Below are positions 37,490 through 46,819 of a DNA stretch of 64,000 nt, piece after piece. Position 1 is the stretch's first letter. Each line of letters opens with the position of its first letter. This DNA comes from an uncultured Candidatus Saccharibacteria bacterium (GTDB lineage Bacteria > Patescibacteriota > Saccharimonadia > CAILAD01 > JADZBC01): positions 1,572 through 65,571 of the forward strand of contig CAYPSN010000005.1 of the NCBI GenBank assembly GCA_964413715.1, in the 5' to 3' direction. A model generated the notes under the pieces. The model made no database searches, was not told where the DNA came from, and saw nothing but the letters and a program-made list of their open reading frames with translations. Both the position numbers and the translations under genes were made by a program.

Positions 37490-38293
37490 GTGCCGAAAGT
37501 TAAGATAATCTCATGGAATGTAAATGGTATTCGTGCTGTATTGCGCAAGGATGCGCTGCTACCGTTTCTTGAAAACAACCAGCCAGACATATTGTGCCTG
37601 CAGGAGACGAAGGCAAAGCGAGGGCAAGTCGAAATTGATTTGCCTGACTATTTTGAGTACTGGAATTCGGCGGAGCGGCCTGGATACTCTGGCACGGCCA
37701 TATTCAGCAAGACAAAGCCAATCAATGTATTAAATGGCCTACCGGAAGATATTATTGCCAAGTATGATATGGCCGATGGCTATGGTGACCCCAACGCCGA
37801 AGGCCGCGTCATGACGGCCGAATACGATAAATTTTACTTAGTAACAGTCTATACGCCAAATGCTAAAGATGATTTGTCGCGCATTCCGCTGCGGCACAAG
37901 CACTGGGATCCAGCGTTCCTGGAATACTGCAAGCAGCTCGAAACAACCAAGCCAGTGGTGTTTTGTGGAGATTTGAATGTTGCTCATACCGAAGACGACC
38001 TAGCGCGACCAAAACCTAACGTTGGCAAGAAGGGCTTTACTGATGAGGAACGAGAGGGTTTTCAGAACTTTATTAACGCCGGCTTTGTTGATACCCTGCG
38101 CCTCTTTTACAAAGGCAATGGGCACTATACTTGGTGGAGTCACTGGGGGAATGCTCGCGCTAACAACGTTGGTTGGCGAATAGATTATTTCTTGGTTTCA
38201 GATGTATTGAAATACAGAGTAAAGGCTGCCGAAATACACCCCGATGTGCTGGGGTCTGACCACTGCCCAGTTAGTATAAAGCTGGATATCTGA
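37490..38293 (+). CDS. xth: Exodeoxyribonuclease III (AP endonuclease)
   Basis: ExoIII motifs (IISWNVNG, LCLQETK, C-terminal GSDHCP). GTG start directly after the MGMT-like stop; the ORF track shows an alternative at 37445. Confidence 0.9.
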   Translation: MPKVKIISWNVNGIRAVLRKDALLPFLENNQPDILCLQETKAKRGQVEIDLPDYFEYWNSAERPGYSGTAIFSKTKPINVLNGLPEDIIAKYDMADGYGDPNAEGRVMTAEYDKFYLVTVYTPNAKDDLSRIPLRHKHWDPAFLEYCKQLETTKPVVFCGDLNVAHTEDDLARPKPNVGKKGFTDEEREGFQNFINAGFVDTLRLFYKGNGHYTWWSHWGNARANNVGWRIDYFLVSDVLKYRVKAAEIHPDVLGSDHCPVSIKLDI

Positions 38294-38304
38294 GGCCCAA
38301 CAAA

Positions 38305-38350
38305 TGAGGGAGGCCCCCACATGAGATCAAAGCTGATCTTCCGTAGGGGC
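38305..38350. terminator. Bidirectional structured hairpin between the convergent xth and cmk-like genes
   Basis: 8-bp outer stem GAGGCCCC / GGGGCCTC enclosing an inner AGATCA / TGATCT stem. Confidence 0.4.
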
Positions 38351-38366
38351 CTCGGTTGACAGGGGG

Positions 38367-39032
38367 CTACCGGAGGGCGTAATGCCTTGCTTGCACCATC
38401 TCCCAGAGGGCAACGATGTGGTTGGACACCTGGTCCACCGTCCAGGTGCTGGTGTCGATCTGGATGGCATCTGGGTGCTTGATCATCGGGGACGTCTCAC
38501 GGGTGGCGTCCTGATTGTTGCGCGCAATCAGGTCCTCCACGCTGCAGCCTCTGCGAGAAGCTGCGACGATGGGATCACACGTCAGCCAGATCTTGAGCTC
38601 GGCATCTGGTATCTCCCAGGCCCCTGCACGTCCTTCGATGATGCTGAGGGGGCGTTCGGCGATGAAGCGCCTCGCAAGATCTTCAACAACCCTGCGAACC
38701 TCTGGAATCTCCGCTACGTCGGGGACGAAACGGCCGATCTCAGGCGCGTGGAGGATGCCGGAGCAGTTGATCCCGTTGATGCTGCTCACACCGCCTTCGG
38801 CGAACTTGAGCTCGTATCCCCGGACGGTTCGACCCGCCAACTCAGGCTCTGCCTTCAGGTCAGTTCCTCCCCAGCCTTCATACATGAGCTGGAATGCGAA
38901 AGCGCGGTAGATCTCGCCGGAGTTGAGGTAGTCGCAGCCCAGCTTTCTACCAGTTGCTTCGCCATTCGAGCTGGTGCCCGTTCCTCCTCCTCCGTCGATG
39001 ACGATGACTCGCTGTTTTGCTCGAGAAGCCAT
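38367..39032 (-). CDS. Cytidylate kinase (CMP kinase)-like protein with a lysine-less P-loop, encoded in a high-GC island
   Basis: Collinear with Cmk: IDG-P-loop, LNSGEIYR, NMP-binding and LID-like regions. The P-loop reads GGGGTGTSS instead of GPSGAGKGT. GC about 60%. ATG with a GGGAGA ribosome-binding site; the ORF track extends the start to 39104. Confidence 0.65.
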   Translation of the reverse strand: MASRAKQRVIVIDGGGGTGTSSNGEATGRKLGCDYLNSGEIYRAFAFQLMYEGWGGTDLKAEPELAGRTVRGYELKFAEGGVSSINGINCSGILHAPEIGRFVPDVAEIPEVRRVVEDLARRFIAERPLSIIEGRAGAWEIPDAELKIWLTCDPIVAASRRGCSVEDLIARNNQDATRETSPMIKHPDAIQIDTSTWTVDQVSNHIVALWEMVQARHYALR

Positions 39033-39188
39033 GGCTTCTCCCTTCTTGATCGAGAGATGTAAGGGAACCAGATATATCCTACAATCATAATTTGAGCTAG
39101 GCAAGCAGGAGCATTAAGAGCTATACACTTGATCTGGAAGCAGTTTTTTGCTACAATCAGTACCAATTGTTTTAAAGTAGGAAATCGC

Positions 39189-39362
39189 AATGGCAAAGAA
39201 AATGGCTCGCGAGCTAATAGTACTAAAGAACCCTAAGACGGGCACCCTGTACTTTACTCGCAAGAACAAGACAAACAGCCCCGACAAGATTAGTCTGAAG
39301 AAATTCGATAAGGCTACTCGCAAAGTCGAGGTCTTTACAGAAACGAAAATGAAGCTCGGCTA
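39189..39362 (+). CDS. rpmG: 50S ribosomal protein L33
   Basis: Hand translation MAKKMARELIVLKNPKTGTLYFTRKNKTNSPDKISLKKFDKATRKVEVFTETKMKLG. The L33 KNKxNxPxxLxLKKFD core is present. Extended -10 TGcTACAAT upstream. Under 60 aa, so absent from the ORF track. Confidence 0.85.
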
Positions 39363-39377
39363 AGCCCGAGCTTTTTT
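39352..39377 (+). terminator. Rho-independent terminator after rpmG
   Basis: 7-bp stem AGCTCGG / CCGAGCT followed by TTTTTT. Confidence 0.65.
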
Positions 39378-39406
39378 ATTGGCCTGCTATCTGGTATCAT
39401 ACGACT

Positions 39407-40081
39407 ATGAAGAAGAATTTGAGCCCAATTTTAGCAACCGTTGCCATTGTCGGCGTAATATTATTCGTTGTATTCGCAGTTCTTAATCCAAAAAATGACA
39501 GTAGCCCATCAGACAAGTCTGACAAGGCCAAAGTTGTTGCGAACGATCAGCAGAAAGCACAGATGGAACAGGGGAATAGCAAAGGCAACCTTAATTCTAA
39601 AGTGGTTGTGACGGAATTTGGTGATTTTCAATGCCCCGCCTGTCAGACTATCGAAGAGTCTCTTAACGCTTCATTTTTCCCTAAATACGGAGACAAGGTT
39701 AAATTCGTTTTTAAACATTTTCCCCTTACGCAAATACACAAAAATGCGCTTAGTTCGGCTTATGCCGCAGAAGCCGCAGCGTTGCAAGGTAAGTTCTGGG
39801 AGATGCATGACCTGCTCTATAAAAATCAAGATGCCTGGAGTGAGCTCAGTAACCCGCAGCCAAAGTACAACGAATATGCTGCCCAAATTGGCCTAGATGT
39901 CACAAAGTTCAAAAATGATGTCGCTGCTAGTGCAGTGAAGTCGGTCGTTAACACTGATAAAAAACTAGGTGAGGATCTTAAGTTACCCGGTACTCCAAGC
40001 TTCTTCGTGAACGGTAACTACATCGAACTGACCTCTCTAACAGACTTAACAAATGCGGTTGACCAAGCACTTGCGCAGTAA
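39407..40081 (+). CDS. DsbA-like thioredoxin-fold thiol:disulfide oxidoreductase, membrane-anchored
   Basis: N-terminal TM helix; CXXC active site FQCPACQ; DsbA-type fold length. Confidence 0.8.
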   Translation: MKKNLSPILATVAIVGVILFVVFAVLNPKNDSSPSDKSDKAKVVANDQQKAQMEQGNSKGNLNSKVVVTEFGDFQCPACQTIEESLNASFFPKYGDKVKFVFKHFPLTQIHKNALSSAYAAEAAALQGKFWEMHDLLYKNQDAWSELSNPQPKYNEYAAQIGLDVTKFKNDVAASAVKSVVNTDKKLGEDLKLPGTPSFFVNGNYIELTSLTDLTNAVDQALAQ

Positions 40082-40511
40082 GTTGCTCAGCATAGTAATT
40101 ATTGTTTTAGCTGCTGTAGGTGTGTTTGACGCAGCGCTTCTAACGAAAGAACATTATGCTGGCACATTCTTGCCTTGCACGATTACAAAGGGTTGTGATG
40201 TAGTGCTATCGAGCAAATATTCCGAGGTATTCGGTATTCCTTTGGCCCTTTTTGGTGTCGTGTTTTATATTGCAGTCTTAACTTTGGCCCTGGTGTATTT
40301 TTATAATCAAACCATAATTGCTAAGCGCGTATTGTTACTACTCGGCAGCATAGGTTTTGCCTCATCGCTCGTGCTCGTGTATATCCAGGGTGCTGTATTG
40401 CGCGCCTGGTGCCAGTACTGCTTGCTTTCTGCCCTCACATCTACGTTAATTTTTGTGAGTGTCGTTGTGTTAAATCTAATGAAGGAGAAACAGAACAATG
40501 CCAAGTCTTGA
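40053..40511 (+). CDS. VKOR-family protein, the second paralog and partner of the adjacent DsbA-like protein
   Basis: Loop cysteines CTITKGC and in-membrane CQYC. Start may instead be the TTG just after the dsbA-like stop. Confidence 0.7.
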   Translation: MRLTKHLRSKLLSIVIIVLAAVGVFDAALLTKEHYAGTFLPCTITKGCDVVLSSKYSEVFGIPLALFGVVFYIAVLTLALVYFYNQTIIAKRVLLLLGSIGFASSLVLVYIQGAVLRAWCQYCLLSALTSTLIFVSVVVLNLMKEKQNNAKS

Positions 40512-40827
40512 CCATATTATTGAATTTTACGGAGAAACCTGTCCTCACTGCATTGCCCTGCGACCGGTGGTTGAAGACTTAGAAAAAGAACTCGGCAAGT
40601 CCATCCAGAAAAAAGAAGTCTGGAACAACGAGGCCAACAAGAAACTCATGATGAAATACGAAGATATTATCGGTGAAGCCTGTGGTGGCTTTGCGGCCGT
40701 GCCGGCAATAGTAAACACCAAAACCAATCAGGCGCTCTGCGGCATGCATGACAAGGCTGACATTAAGAACCTGATCGAAGGCGGCGACTGTGCTAACAAC
40801 ACGTGCAAACCGCACTCCAAGCTCTAG
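40498..40827 (+). CDS. Thioredoxin-like protein (CPHC active site) with extra C-terminal cysteines
   Basis: Trx fold with a CPHC motif. AAGGAG ribosome-binding site. Confidence 0.7.
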   Translation: MPSLDHIIEFYGETCPHCIALRPVVEDLEKELGKSIQKKEVWNNEANKKLMMKYEDIIGEACGGFAAVPAIVNTKTNQALCGMHDKADIKNLIEGGDCANNTCKPHSKL

Positions 40828-40887
40828 GCTTTACTCGATCAAAAGAGTACAATGTAAGCATAAGAACTGAGAAATAAAGGAGGGTGT

Positions 40888-41901
40888 ATGGCGCTCACTC
40901 GAGTTGCTATTAATGGGTTTGGTCGTATTGGTCGAAATGCATTTAAGTTGGCTATGGCGAATCCTGCCCTGGAAGTAGTTGCCATCAATGATCTAACCGA
41001 TACAGCTACGCTGGCACACCTCCTTAAGTACGACAGCAACTACGGCGAATATCATCAGGACATCATTGCCGGACAAGACTTTTTAGAGGTCCAAGGGAAA
41101 AAAGTCGTTGTCAGCGCTATCAAGGAGCCAGACAAGTTGCCATGGAAAAAGCTTGAAGTTGATGTGGTGATCGAGTCGACTGGACGATTTACTACACACA
41201 AAGACCTCAAACTACACCTGTCTGCCGGAGCTAAGAAAGTGGTGCTTTCTGCTCCAGAGAAGGACGACACTTACGGCGATACATACGTGATTGGCGCAAA
41301 TGAGCAGACACTCCAGCCGACTCAAAACATTATTTCAAATGCCTCTTGCACAACCAACTGTATTGCGCCAGTTATGGCAGTTTTAGAAAAAGAACTGGGT
41401 GTGGCAAAGTCGCTTATGACCACCGTGCATTCATACACCGCCAGTCAAATGTTACAGGACGGCCCTGCCAAAGACTTGCGTGAGGCTCGTGCAGCTGCTC
41501 AAAACATCGTCCCTACTACGACGGGCGCGGCCATCGCGGCAGCCTTGACGGTGCCAAGCCTCAAAAACCGCTTCGATGGACTCAGCGTGCGGGTGCCTTC
41601 GCCAGTGGTTTCGCTGAGTGACATTACATTTGTAGCGAAGCGTAAAACCAGCGTAGAAGAAGTGAATAAAATTCTCTCTCACGCTGCTGCTACGAGCCAT
41701 CGTGGGATTATTCGAGTGAGTGAAGAAGAGCTGGTGTCGGTTGACTACAAGGGCGATGCTCATTCTGCAATCGTTGATGCAAAATTAACAAACGTTGTGG
41801 CGGGTGACTTGGTTAAAGTGGTCGCATGGTATGACAATGAATGGGGCTACTCGAATCGCTTGGTCGAGATGGTCGAGTTGGCAGGTAATTCAATACGATA
41901 A
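40888..41901 (+). CDS. gap: Glyceraldehyde-3-phosphate dehydrogenase
   Basis: NAD-binding INGFGRIGR and catalytic ASCTTNC. 337 aa. Confidence 0.95.
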   Translation: MALTRVAINGFGRIGRNAFKLAMANPALEVVAINDLTDTATLAHLLKYDSNYGEYHQDIIAGQDFLEVQGKKVVVSAIKEPDKLPWKKLEVDVVIESTGRFTTHKDLKLHLSAGAKKVVLSAPEKDDTYGDTYVIGANEQTLQPTQNIISNASCTTNCIAPVMAVLEKELGVAKSLMTTVHSYTASQMLQDGPAKDLREARAAAQNIVPTTTGAAIAAALTVPSLKNRFDGLSVRVPSPVVSLSDITFVAKRKTSVEEVNKILSHAAATSHRGIIRVSEEELVSVDYKGDAHSAIVDAKLTNVVAGDLVKVVAWYDNEWGYSNRLVEMVELAGNSIR

Positions 41902-41903
41902 GC

Positions 41904-42353
41904 ATGAATATTTACATCGCATCAGATCACGCAGGATACACGAAAAAACGTCATTTAGCTGACGCTCTAAGTGCTAATTATAACGTGGTTGATCTTGGGC
42001 CTGAGCAACTTAACCCCGGAGACGACTATCCGATTTTTGCAGAAAGGGTGGCTCGAGCAGTGGTTGGTGATCCTGGTAGCCGAGGAATTTTGGTCTGTGA
42101 CAGCGGACAGGGCATGGAAATAGCCGCCAACAAAGTCGATGGTGTGCGAGCCGCAGTTGCCTGGAATGAACACGTTGCGTTTGAGACACGCCGCGATAAC
42201 GACAGCAATGTTTTGAGCTTGCCGGCCGGAGAGCTCAACGAAGAAGAGCTGCTGGCGGTCAGCAAGGTATGGCTCGAAACTGACTTTTCCGAAGAAGAGC
42301 GGCACAGGCGCCGTTTGCAAGAAATCACAGATATTGAACAAGAAGATGACTAA
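41904..42353 (+). CDS. rpiB: Ribose-5-phosphate isomerase B
   Basis: RpiB/LacAB family (IASDHAGY ... GILVCDSGQGMEIAANKV). Confidence 0.9.
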   Translation: MNIYIASDHAGYTKKRHLADALSANYNVVDLGPEQLNPGDDYPIFAERVARAVVGDPGSRGILVCDSGQGMEIAANKVDGVRAAVAWNEHVAFETRRDNDSNVLSLPAGELNEEELLAVSKVWLETDFSEEERHRRRLQEITDIEQEDD

Positions 42354-42978
42354 GATAGTGCCCGCCTTACTGGTAAAAACAGCTCAGGAGTATCACGACA
42401 AGATACGACTTGTCCGTCAGTTGACAGATCGCTATCAGCTAGATGTGATCGACCCGGAATACGCAGATAATCCCACCCTCGACCTCAGCGACATCGAGCC
42501 ACGTTTGGACCTACAGTGCGATGTGCATATTATGTCTTTTCACCCGCAGCACTACATCGAGTCTGCCTTACGGTTGCGGCCGCATATGGTCATTCTGCAA
42601 TTTGAGCAAGCTGAAAATATTGAGGCTTGCATTGCCTCCATTAAGCGCCGGGGTACGGTAAAAGTTGGCCTTGCAATCAACCCGCAAACAGAAGTCGAGG
42701 CTGTTGCGCATTTATTTGCCGAGCTTGACCATATTTTAATAATGGCCTACTCGGCAGGTTTTGCTGGGCAAAAACTTCAGCCGAAGATACTTAAAAAAGT
42801 TGCGCACGTGCGAGAGCTGGCACCAAACGTTGAAGTCGGCCTAGATGGCGGTGTTTCTGACGATACGCTAGCGCGTATTGCTAAATGCCATTTCGACGTG
42901 GTGAACGTTAACTCGTTCTTGTTCCAAACTGATGATGTGCTCGGTCGGTATTCAAAACTACTCGAGGAATTATCATGA
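42346..42978 (+). CDS. rpe: Ribulose-phosphate 3-epimerase-like TIM-barrel protein
   Basis: Collinear with Rpe (HIMSFHPQHY, VGLAINPQT, IMAYSAGFAGQ, VGLDGGV). ATGACTAA overlap with rpiB; the ORF track starts at 42334. Confidence 0.75.
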   Translation: MTKIVPALLVKTAQEYHDKIRLVRQLTDRYQLDVIDPEYADNPTLDLSDIEPRLDLQCDVHIMSFHPQHYIESALRLRPHMVILQFEQAENIEACIASIKRRGTVKVGLAINPQTEVEAVAHLFAELDHILIMAYSAGFAGQKLQPKILKKVAHVRELAPNVEVGLDGGVSDDTLARIAKCHFDVVNVNSFLFQTDDVLGRYSKLLEELS

Positions 42979-43847
42979 ACGACATCGCTATTGAAGAGCT
43001 AGAGCTGAAGGCCAACATAATTCGCCAGGACATTATTAAGATGCTACTGCAGGCGGGGAGTGGCCATACCGCTGGCCCCCTGGGTATGGCCGATGTTTTT
43101 GCTGCGCTCTACTTCCATGTTCTAAAGCATGACGCCAAACGGCCAGACTGGAGCGAACGTGATCGATTGGTGGTTTCAAATGGGCACATTGCTCCTGTTA
43201 TATATGCCACACTTGCCGAGGCTGGCTACTTTGATAAAGACGAGCTCATGACACTGAGAAAGTTTGGCAGTCGTCTGCAAGGTCACCCGGAAAGAGAAAG
43301 GCTGCCGGGTCTTGAAACGACAAGTGGCCCATTGGGGAGTGGCCTAAGTCAAGCTGTGGGAATGGCGATTGCACTGCGTATGGGGTCTAGCAGTGGTCAG
43401 CACGTTTATTGCATTACTGGTGATGGTGAGCTAGATGAGGGGAATATTTGGGAGGCAGCCATGCTTGCTGGCAAGCGGCAGCTGTCAAATCTGACGGTGA
43501 TTGTTGACCGTAATCACATTCAAATTGATGGGCCGACAGAGATGATTATGCCCTTGGAGCCGCTAGCCCTCAAATGGCAGGCATTCAACTGGCATGTCGT
43601 AGAGATTAATGGTCATGATATGTCAGAAATCATTTCGGCCTGCGACAAGGCACGGGTGGTGCACGGTCACCCAACCTGCATCATCGCGCATACCGTCCCG
43701 GGTAAAGGTGTTGATTTTATGGAAAATGATTATCATTGGCATGGCTACGATCCAGCGGGTGACAAGCAGCAGCAAATCAAAGACTATCGCCTGGCACTCG
43801 AAAAATTACGCACGCTTAACGGCAGGATTAGGAGTGAGCACGAATGA
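42975..43847 (+). CDS. Transketolase N-terminal (TPP-binding) subunit
   Basis: TPP motif GDGELDEGNIWEAAMLA...N; HTAGPLGMADVFAALY. Split-gene transketolase. Confidence 0.92.
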   Translation: MNDIAIEELELKANIIRQDIIKMLLQAGSGHTAGPLGMADVFAALYFHVLKHDAKRPDWSERDRLVVSNGHIAPVIYATLAEAGYFDKDELMTLRKFGSRLQGHPERERLPGLETTSGPLGSGLSQAVGMAIALRMGSSSGQHVYCITGDGELDEGNIWEAAMLAGKRQLSNLTVIVDRNHIQIDGPTEMIMPLEPLALKWQAFNWHVVEINGHDMSEIISACDKARVVHGHPTCIIAHTVPGKGVDFMENDYHWHGYDPAGDKQQQIKDYRLALEKLRTLNGRIRSEHE

Positions 43848-44833
43848 TCGTTGAGCGCCAAAATTTGAACCAAGATATGTTCTCGCCCAAAGTGGAATAT
43901 GCGCCTATTAGAAAAGGGTTTGGTGAAGGTTTGGTGCAGCTGGGCCGAGAAGATGATTGCGTGGTCGCTTTGTGTGCCGACCTTACAGAGTCGACGCAGA
44001 TGCATCTGTTCCGCGATGAATTTCCTGACCGTTTTGTCGAAGTGGGTATAGCTGAGCAAAATTTAGTAACAGTAGCGAGCGGTATGGCTGCTGCGGGCAA
44101 AATGCCGTTTGTGAGTAGCTATGCCGCCTTCTCGCCTGGTAGAAATTGGGAACAAATACGCACCACCATTGCGCTCAATAACCAGCCAGTCATTATCGCT
44201 GGTTCTCATGCCGGTTTGTCGGTTGGCCCAGATGGCGCGACGCACCAAATGCTTGAAGATATTGCGCTGATGCGTTCGCTACCAAACATGACGGTACTTG
44301 TGCCAACTGATACGCACGAAGCACATCGCGCTGTTGTGGCCGCTGCGCAGTTGCGTAAGCCAGTCTACATCCGCTTAGCGCGAGAAAAAACTGCCGTTGT
44401 TACCTCGCCAGATTCTCCATTTGAGATTGGCAAGGCACAGGTTTACCAAGAGGGTGAAGACGTTACGATACTTGCCTGTGGTCCTTTGGTTCATGAGGCT
44501 ATGTTGGCAGCTAAGCAGCTTGAGAACGCGGGAGTGTCGACAGAAGTCGTAAATGTTGCGACTATTAAGCCACTTGATAAAAAGACAATTCTGGAGAGTA
44601 CAAAAAAGACTGGCGCAGTCGTTACGGTCGAGGAGGGCCAAATTACTGGCGGCCTAGGCGGGGCAGTTTGTGAATTGTTGAGCGAGCATTACCCACTGCC
44701 CGTTGAGCGGGTGGGCGTGCGAGACCTGTTTGGTCAGTCTGGCATAGTTTCGGAGCTTTGGGGGGCATATGGCATTGATGCCGAGCATATTGCTCAAGCG
44801 GCACGAAGGGTAATCGAAAGGAAGGCATTATGA
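43844..44833 (+). CDS. Transketolase C-terminal (pyrimidine-binding and C-terminal domains) subunit
   Basis: GIAEQNLVTVASGMA and the C-terminal transketolase domain. ATGA overlap with the N-terminal subunit gene. Confidence 0.92.
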   Translation: MIVERQNLNQDMFSPKVEYAPIRKGFGEGLVQLGREDDCVVALCADLTESTQMHLFRDEFPDRFVEVGIAEQNLVTVASGMAAAGKMPFVSSYAAFSPGRNWEQIRTTIALNNQPVIIAGSHAGLSVGPDGATHQMLEDIALMRSLPNMTVLVPTDTHEAHRAVVAAAQLRKPVYIRLAREKTAVVTSPDSPFEIGKAQVYQEGEDVTILACGPLVHEAMLAAKQLENAGVSTEVVNVATIKPLDKKTILESTKKTGAVVTVEEGQITGGLGGAVCELLSEHYPLPVERVGVRDLFGQSGIVSELWGAYGIDAEHIAQAARRVIERKAL

Positions 44834-45783
44834 ACATTCAAGTAGTTTGCGTGGGGCCGGTGTATGGCGAAATAGTTTATACCACAAAGTCGCTAGAAGT
44901 TAACATGCTGCCAGATCGATTACGCACATTTGTAGCCAACCAAGCTCGAGTCAGTGCTTCTGATGCGCAAATAGGCTGTGGTGGCGGTGGTTATATCGCG
45001 GCGGCTACACTCGCTAAACTTGGTGTGTCGACAGCCTTTGTGTGCAAGCTAGGCCAAGATAGTTTTGGCTGCGAAGTGGTTCGTAAGCTCAAAGAGTGCA
45101 AGGTTGAAATATCGCAAGCCCAACAGACTACACATCTGGCGACGGGGGTTCAGACCACCATTCGTTCGCCCAAAGATGATAGTTTTGAAGTCAGTACTAC
45201 GGCTTTTGCTCCAAGCTTTGAGCGCAAAAATGCGTCACTACCAAGCGCCGAGTGGCTGTACCTTAGCGGCCCATTTAAAGATCTTGCTGACCTCAAGGTT
45301 CTGCTGACAGAAGCCGAGCGACTCGGCATGCGTACGTGCATTAGGCTAGAGCGAACTGACTTAGCAAATGCCAGAAAACTTATTAAGATTCTGCAAAAGG
45401 CAGACGTGTGTTGCTTCGAGCAGGATGACGCTGAGCTCCTAACCCACCAGCCTGATCCGCGCCTCATTCTTGAGTCACTGCGGTCGAGTGGGCTTAAGAC
45501 GCTTCTTCTGCAGGATGGCGTCGCTGCTGGCTATGCTTTGCACGATGGGTATTGTTATCGCACAAAAGCGAAGTCGAAACTCAAATACATTAACAAACTG
45601 GGCGTTTCAGAAGTCTTTGCCCCGGCGTTTTTGGCGAGCAATTTAAGTAGCGCTTCTGTTGAATCAAGTCTTGATTTTGCTCTTTTAGCTGCACGATCGG
45701 TTGCTCATTTTGTAGGTTCAGAGGCTGGCTTGCTACAGAATATTCCCCATCGACCTGGGAAAGTGGCGAAAGACTTCATATAA
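44830..45783 (+). CDS. PfkB-family (ribokinase-like) carbohydrate or nucleoside kinase, divergent paralog
   Basis: Ribokinase-fold N-terminus (VVCVGPVYGEIVY, GGGGYIAAATLAKLG). The C-terminal GAGD motif is degenerate. ATGA overlap with the upstream gene. Confidence 0.55.
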   Translation: MNIQVVCVGPVYGEIVYTTKSLEVNMLPDRLRTFVANQARVSASDAQIGCGGGGYIAAATLAKLGVSTAFVCKLGQDSFGCEVVRKLKECKVEISQAQQTTHLATGVQTTIRSPKDDSFEVSTTAFAPSFERKNASLPSAEWLYLSGPFKDLADLKVLLTEAERLGMRTCIRLERTDLANARKLIKILQKADVCCFEQDDAELLTHQPDPRLILESLRSSGLKTLLLQDGVAAGYALHDGYCYRTKAKSKLKYINKLGVSEVFAPAFLASNLSSASVESSLDFALLAARSVAHFVGSEAGLLQNIPHRPGKVAKDFI

Positions 45784-45802
45784 TATGAGACAGGAGAAGC
45801 AT

Positions 45803-46819
45803 ATGAATTATGGAATTGATATATTGGCCGTAGGAGACGTCGTTACAGATGCTTTTATTCGCCTGGGTAAGCATGAGGCCGAAGTTGACCAAGACGTTCG
45901 AGATAAGCACCCCTTGCTCTGCATGACGTATGGCACAAAGATACCATTTGAAGAAGTTGTGGTTGTTCCAGCGGTGGGTAATAGCGCCAATGCTGCAGTG
46001 GCTGCAGCCAAGCTTGATTTGCGTGTAGCGTTTTATAGTAACATTGGCGATGACCAAACTGGCAAAGATATTCTTAGGGCGCTTCATAAGCAAAAAATAT
46101 CCACTGAATACATCACCATTCACGACGACATGAAGTCCAATTACCACTATGTGCTCTGGTACGGAGCTGATAGAACCATACTTATTAAGCACGAAGAGTA
46201 TCGCTACCATTGGCCAAAAATTTCGCAACACAACAAGCCGCAGTGGATATATTTAAGCTCGATTGGTGAGTCTGCACTTGGCTTGCATGATGACATTGCA
46301 GACTATTTGGCTAAAAACGATGATGTAAAGTTGGCTTTTCAGCCGGGCACGTTTCAAATGAGGTTGGGCTCGAAGCGCTTAAAGAAACTGTATGGACAGA
46401 CCTATGTCTTAGCTTGCAATAAGCAAGAGGCTCAGCAAATAACTGAATCAAGCAGTGATGACATGAAGACTTTATTTAAGGGCCTACATGCTTTAGGGCC
46501 GAAGATTGTAGTTATTACGGATGGCCCAGCCGGCAGTTTTGCTTCGGATGGCAGTAGTGTATGGAGTATGCCGATTTATCCAGACCCAGCGCCGCCAGTG
46601 GAGCGCACTGGAGCGGGCGATTCGTATACCGCTACATTCGTCGCGGCGCTTGCTAAGGGTAAAGATGTGCCAACCGCTATGGCCTGGGGATCAATTAACT
46701 CTATGAATGTTGTGCAACACATTGGGGCGCAAGCCGGGTTGTTGCACGAAGATGAGATAAAAAAGTTCTTGAGCAAGGCACCAAAGAATTTCGTGGCTCA
46801 TAAAGAGGCAAGTAAATAA
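45803..46819 (+). CDS. PfkB-family carbohydrate kinase (ribokinase or nucleoside kinase-like)
   Basis: ILAVGDVVTD N-terminus and PfkB signature 2 TGAGDSYTATFVAAL. AGGAGA ribosome-binding site; the ORF track starts at 45785. Confidence 0.8.
   Translation: MNYGIDILAVGDVVTDAFIRLGKHEAEVDQDVRDKHPLLCMTYGTKIPFEEVVVVPAVGNSANAAVAAAKLDLRVAFYSNIGDDQTGKDILRALHKQKISTEYITIHDDMKSNYHYVLWYGADRTILIKHEEYRYHWPKISQHNKPQWIYLSSIGESALGLHDDIADYLAKNDDVKLAFQPGTFQMRLGSKRLKKLYGQTYVLACNKQEAQQITESSSDDMKTLFKGLHALGPKIVVITDGPAGSFASDGSSVWSMPIYPDPAPPVERTGAGDSYTATFVAALAKGKDVPTAMAWGSINSMNVVQHIGAQAGLLHEDEIKKFLSKAPKNFVAHKEASK

Noticed and set aside
36937-37590. 217-aa minus-strand ORF spanning proS, MGMT-like and xth
   Set aside because: Antisense to three well-supported plus-strand genes.
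38382-39062. 226-aa plus-strand ORF antisense to the Cmk-like gene
   Set aside because: A high-GC antisense artefact with Gly/Arg/Ala/Val-rich composition. The minus-strand frame aligns with the CMP kinase family.
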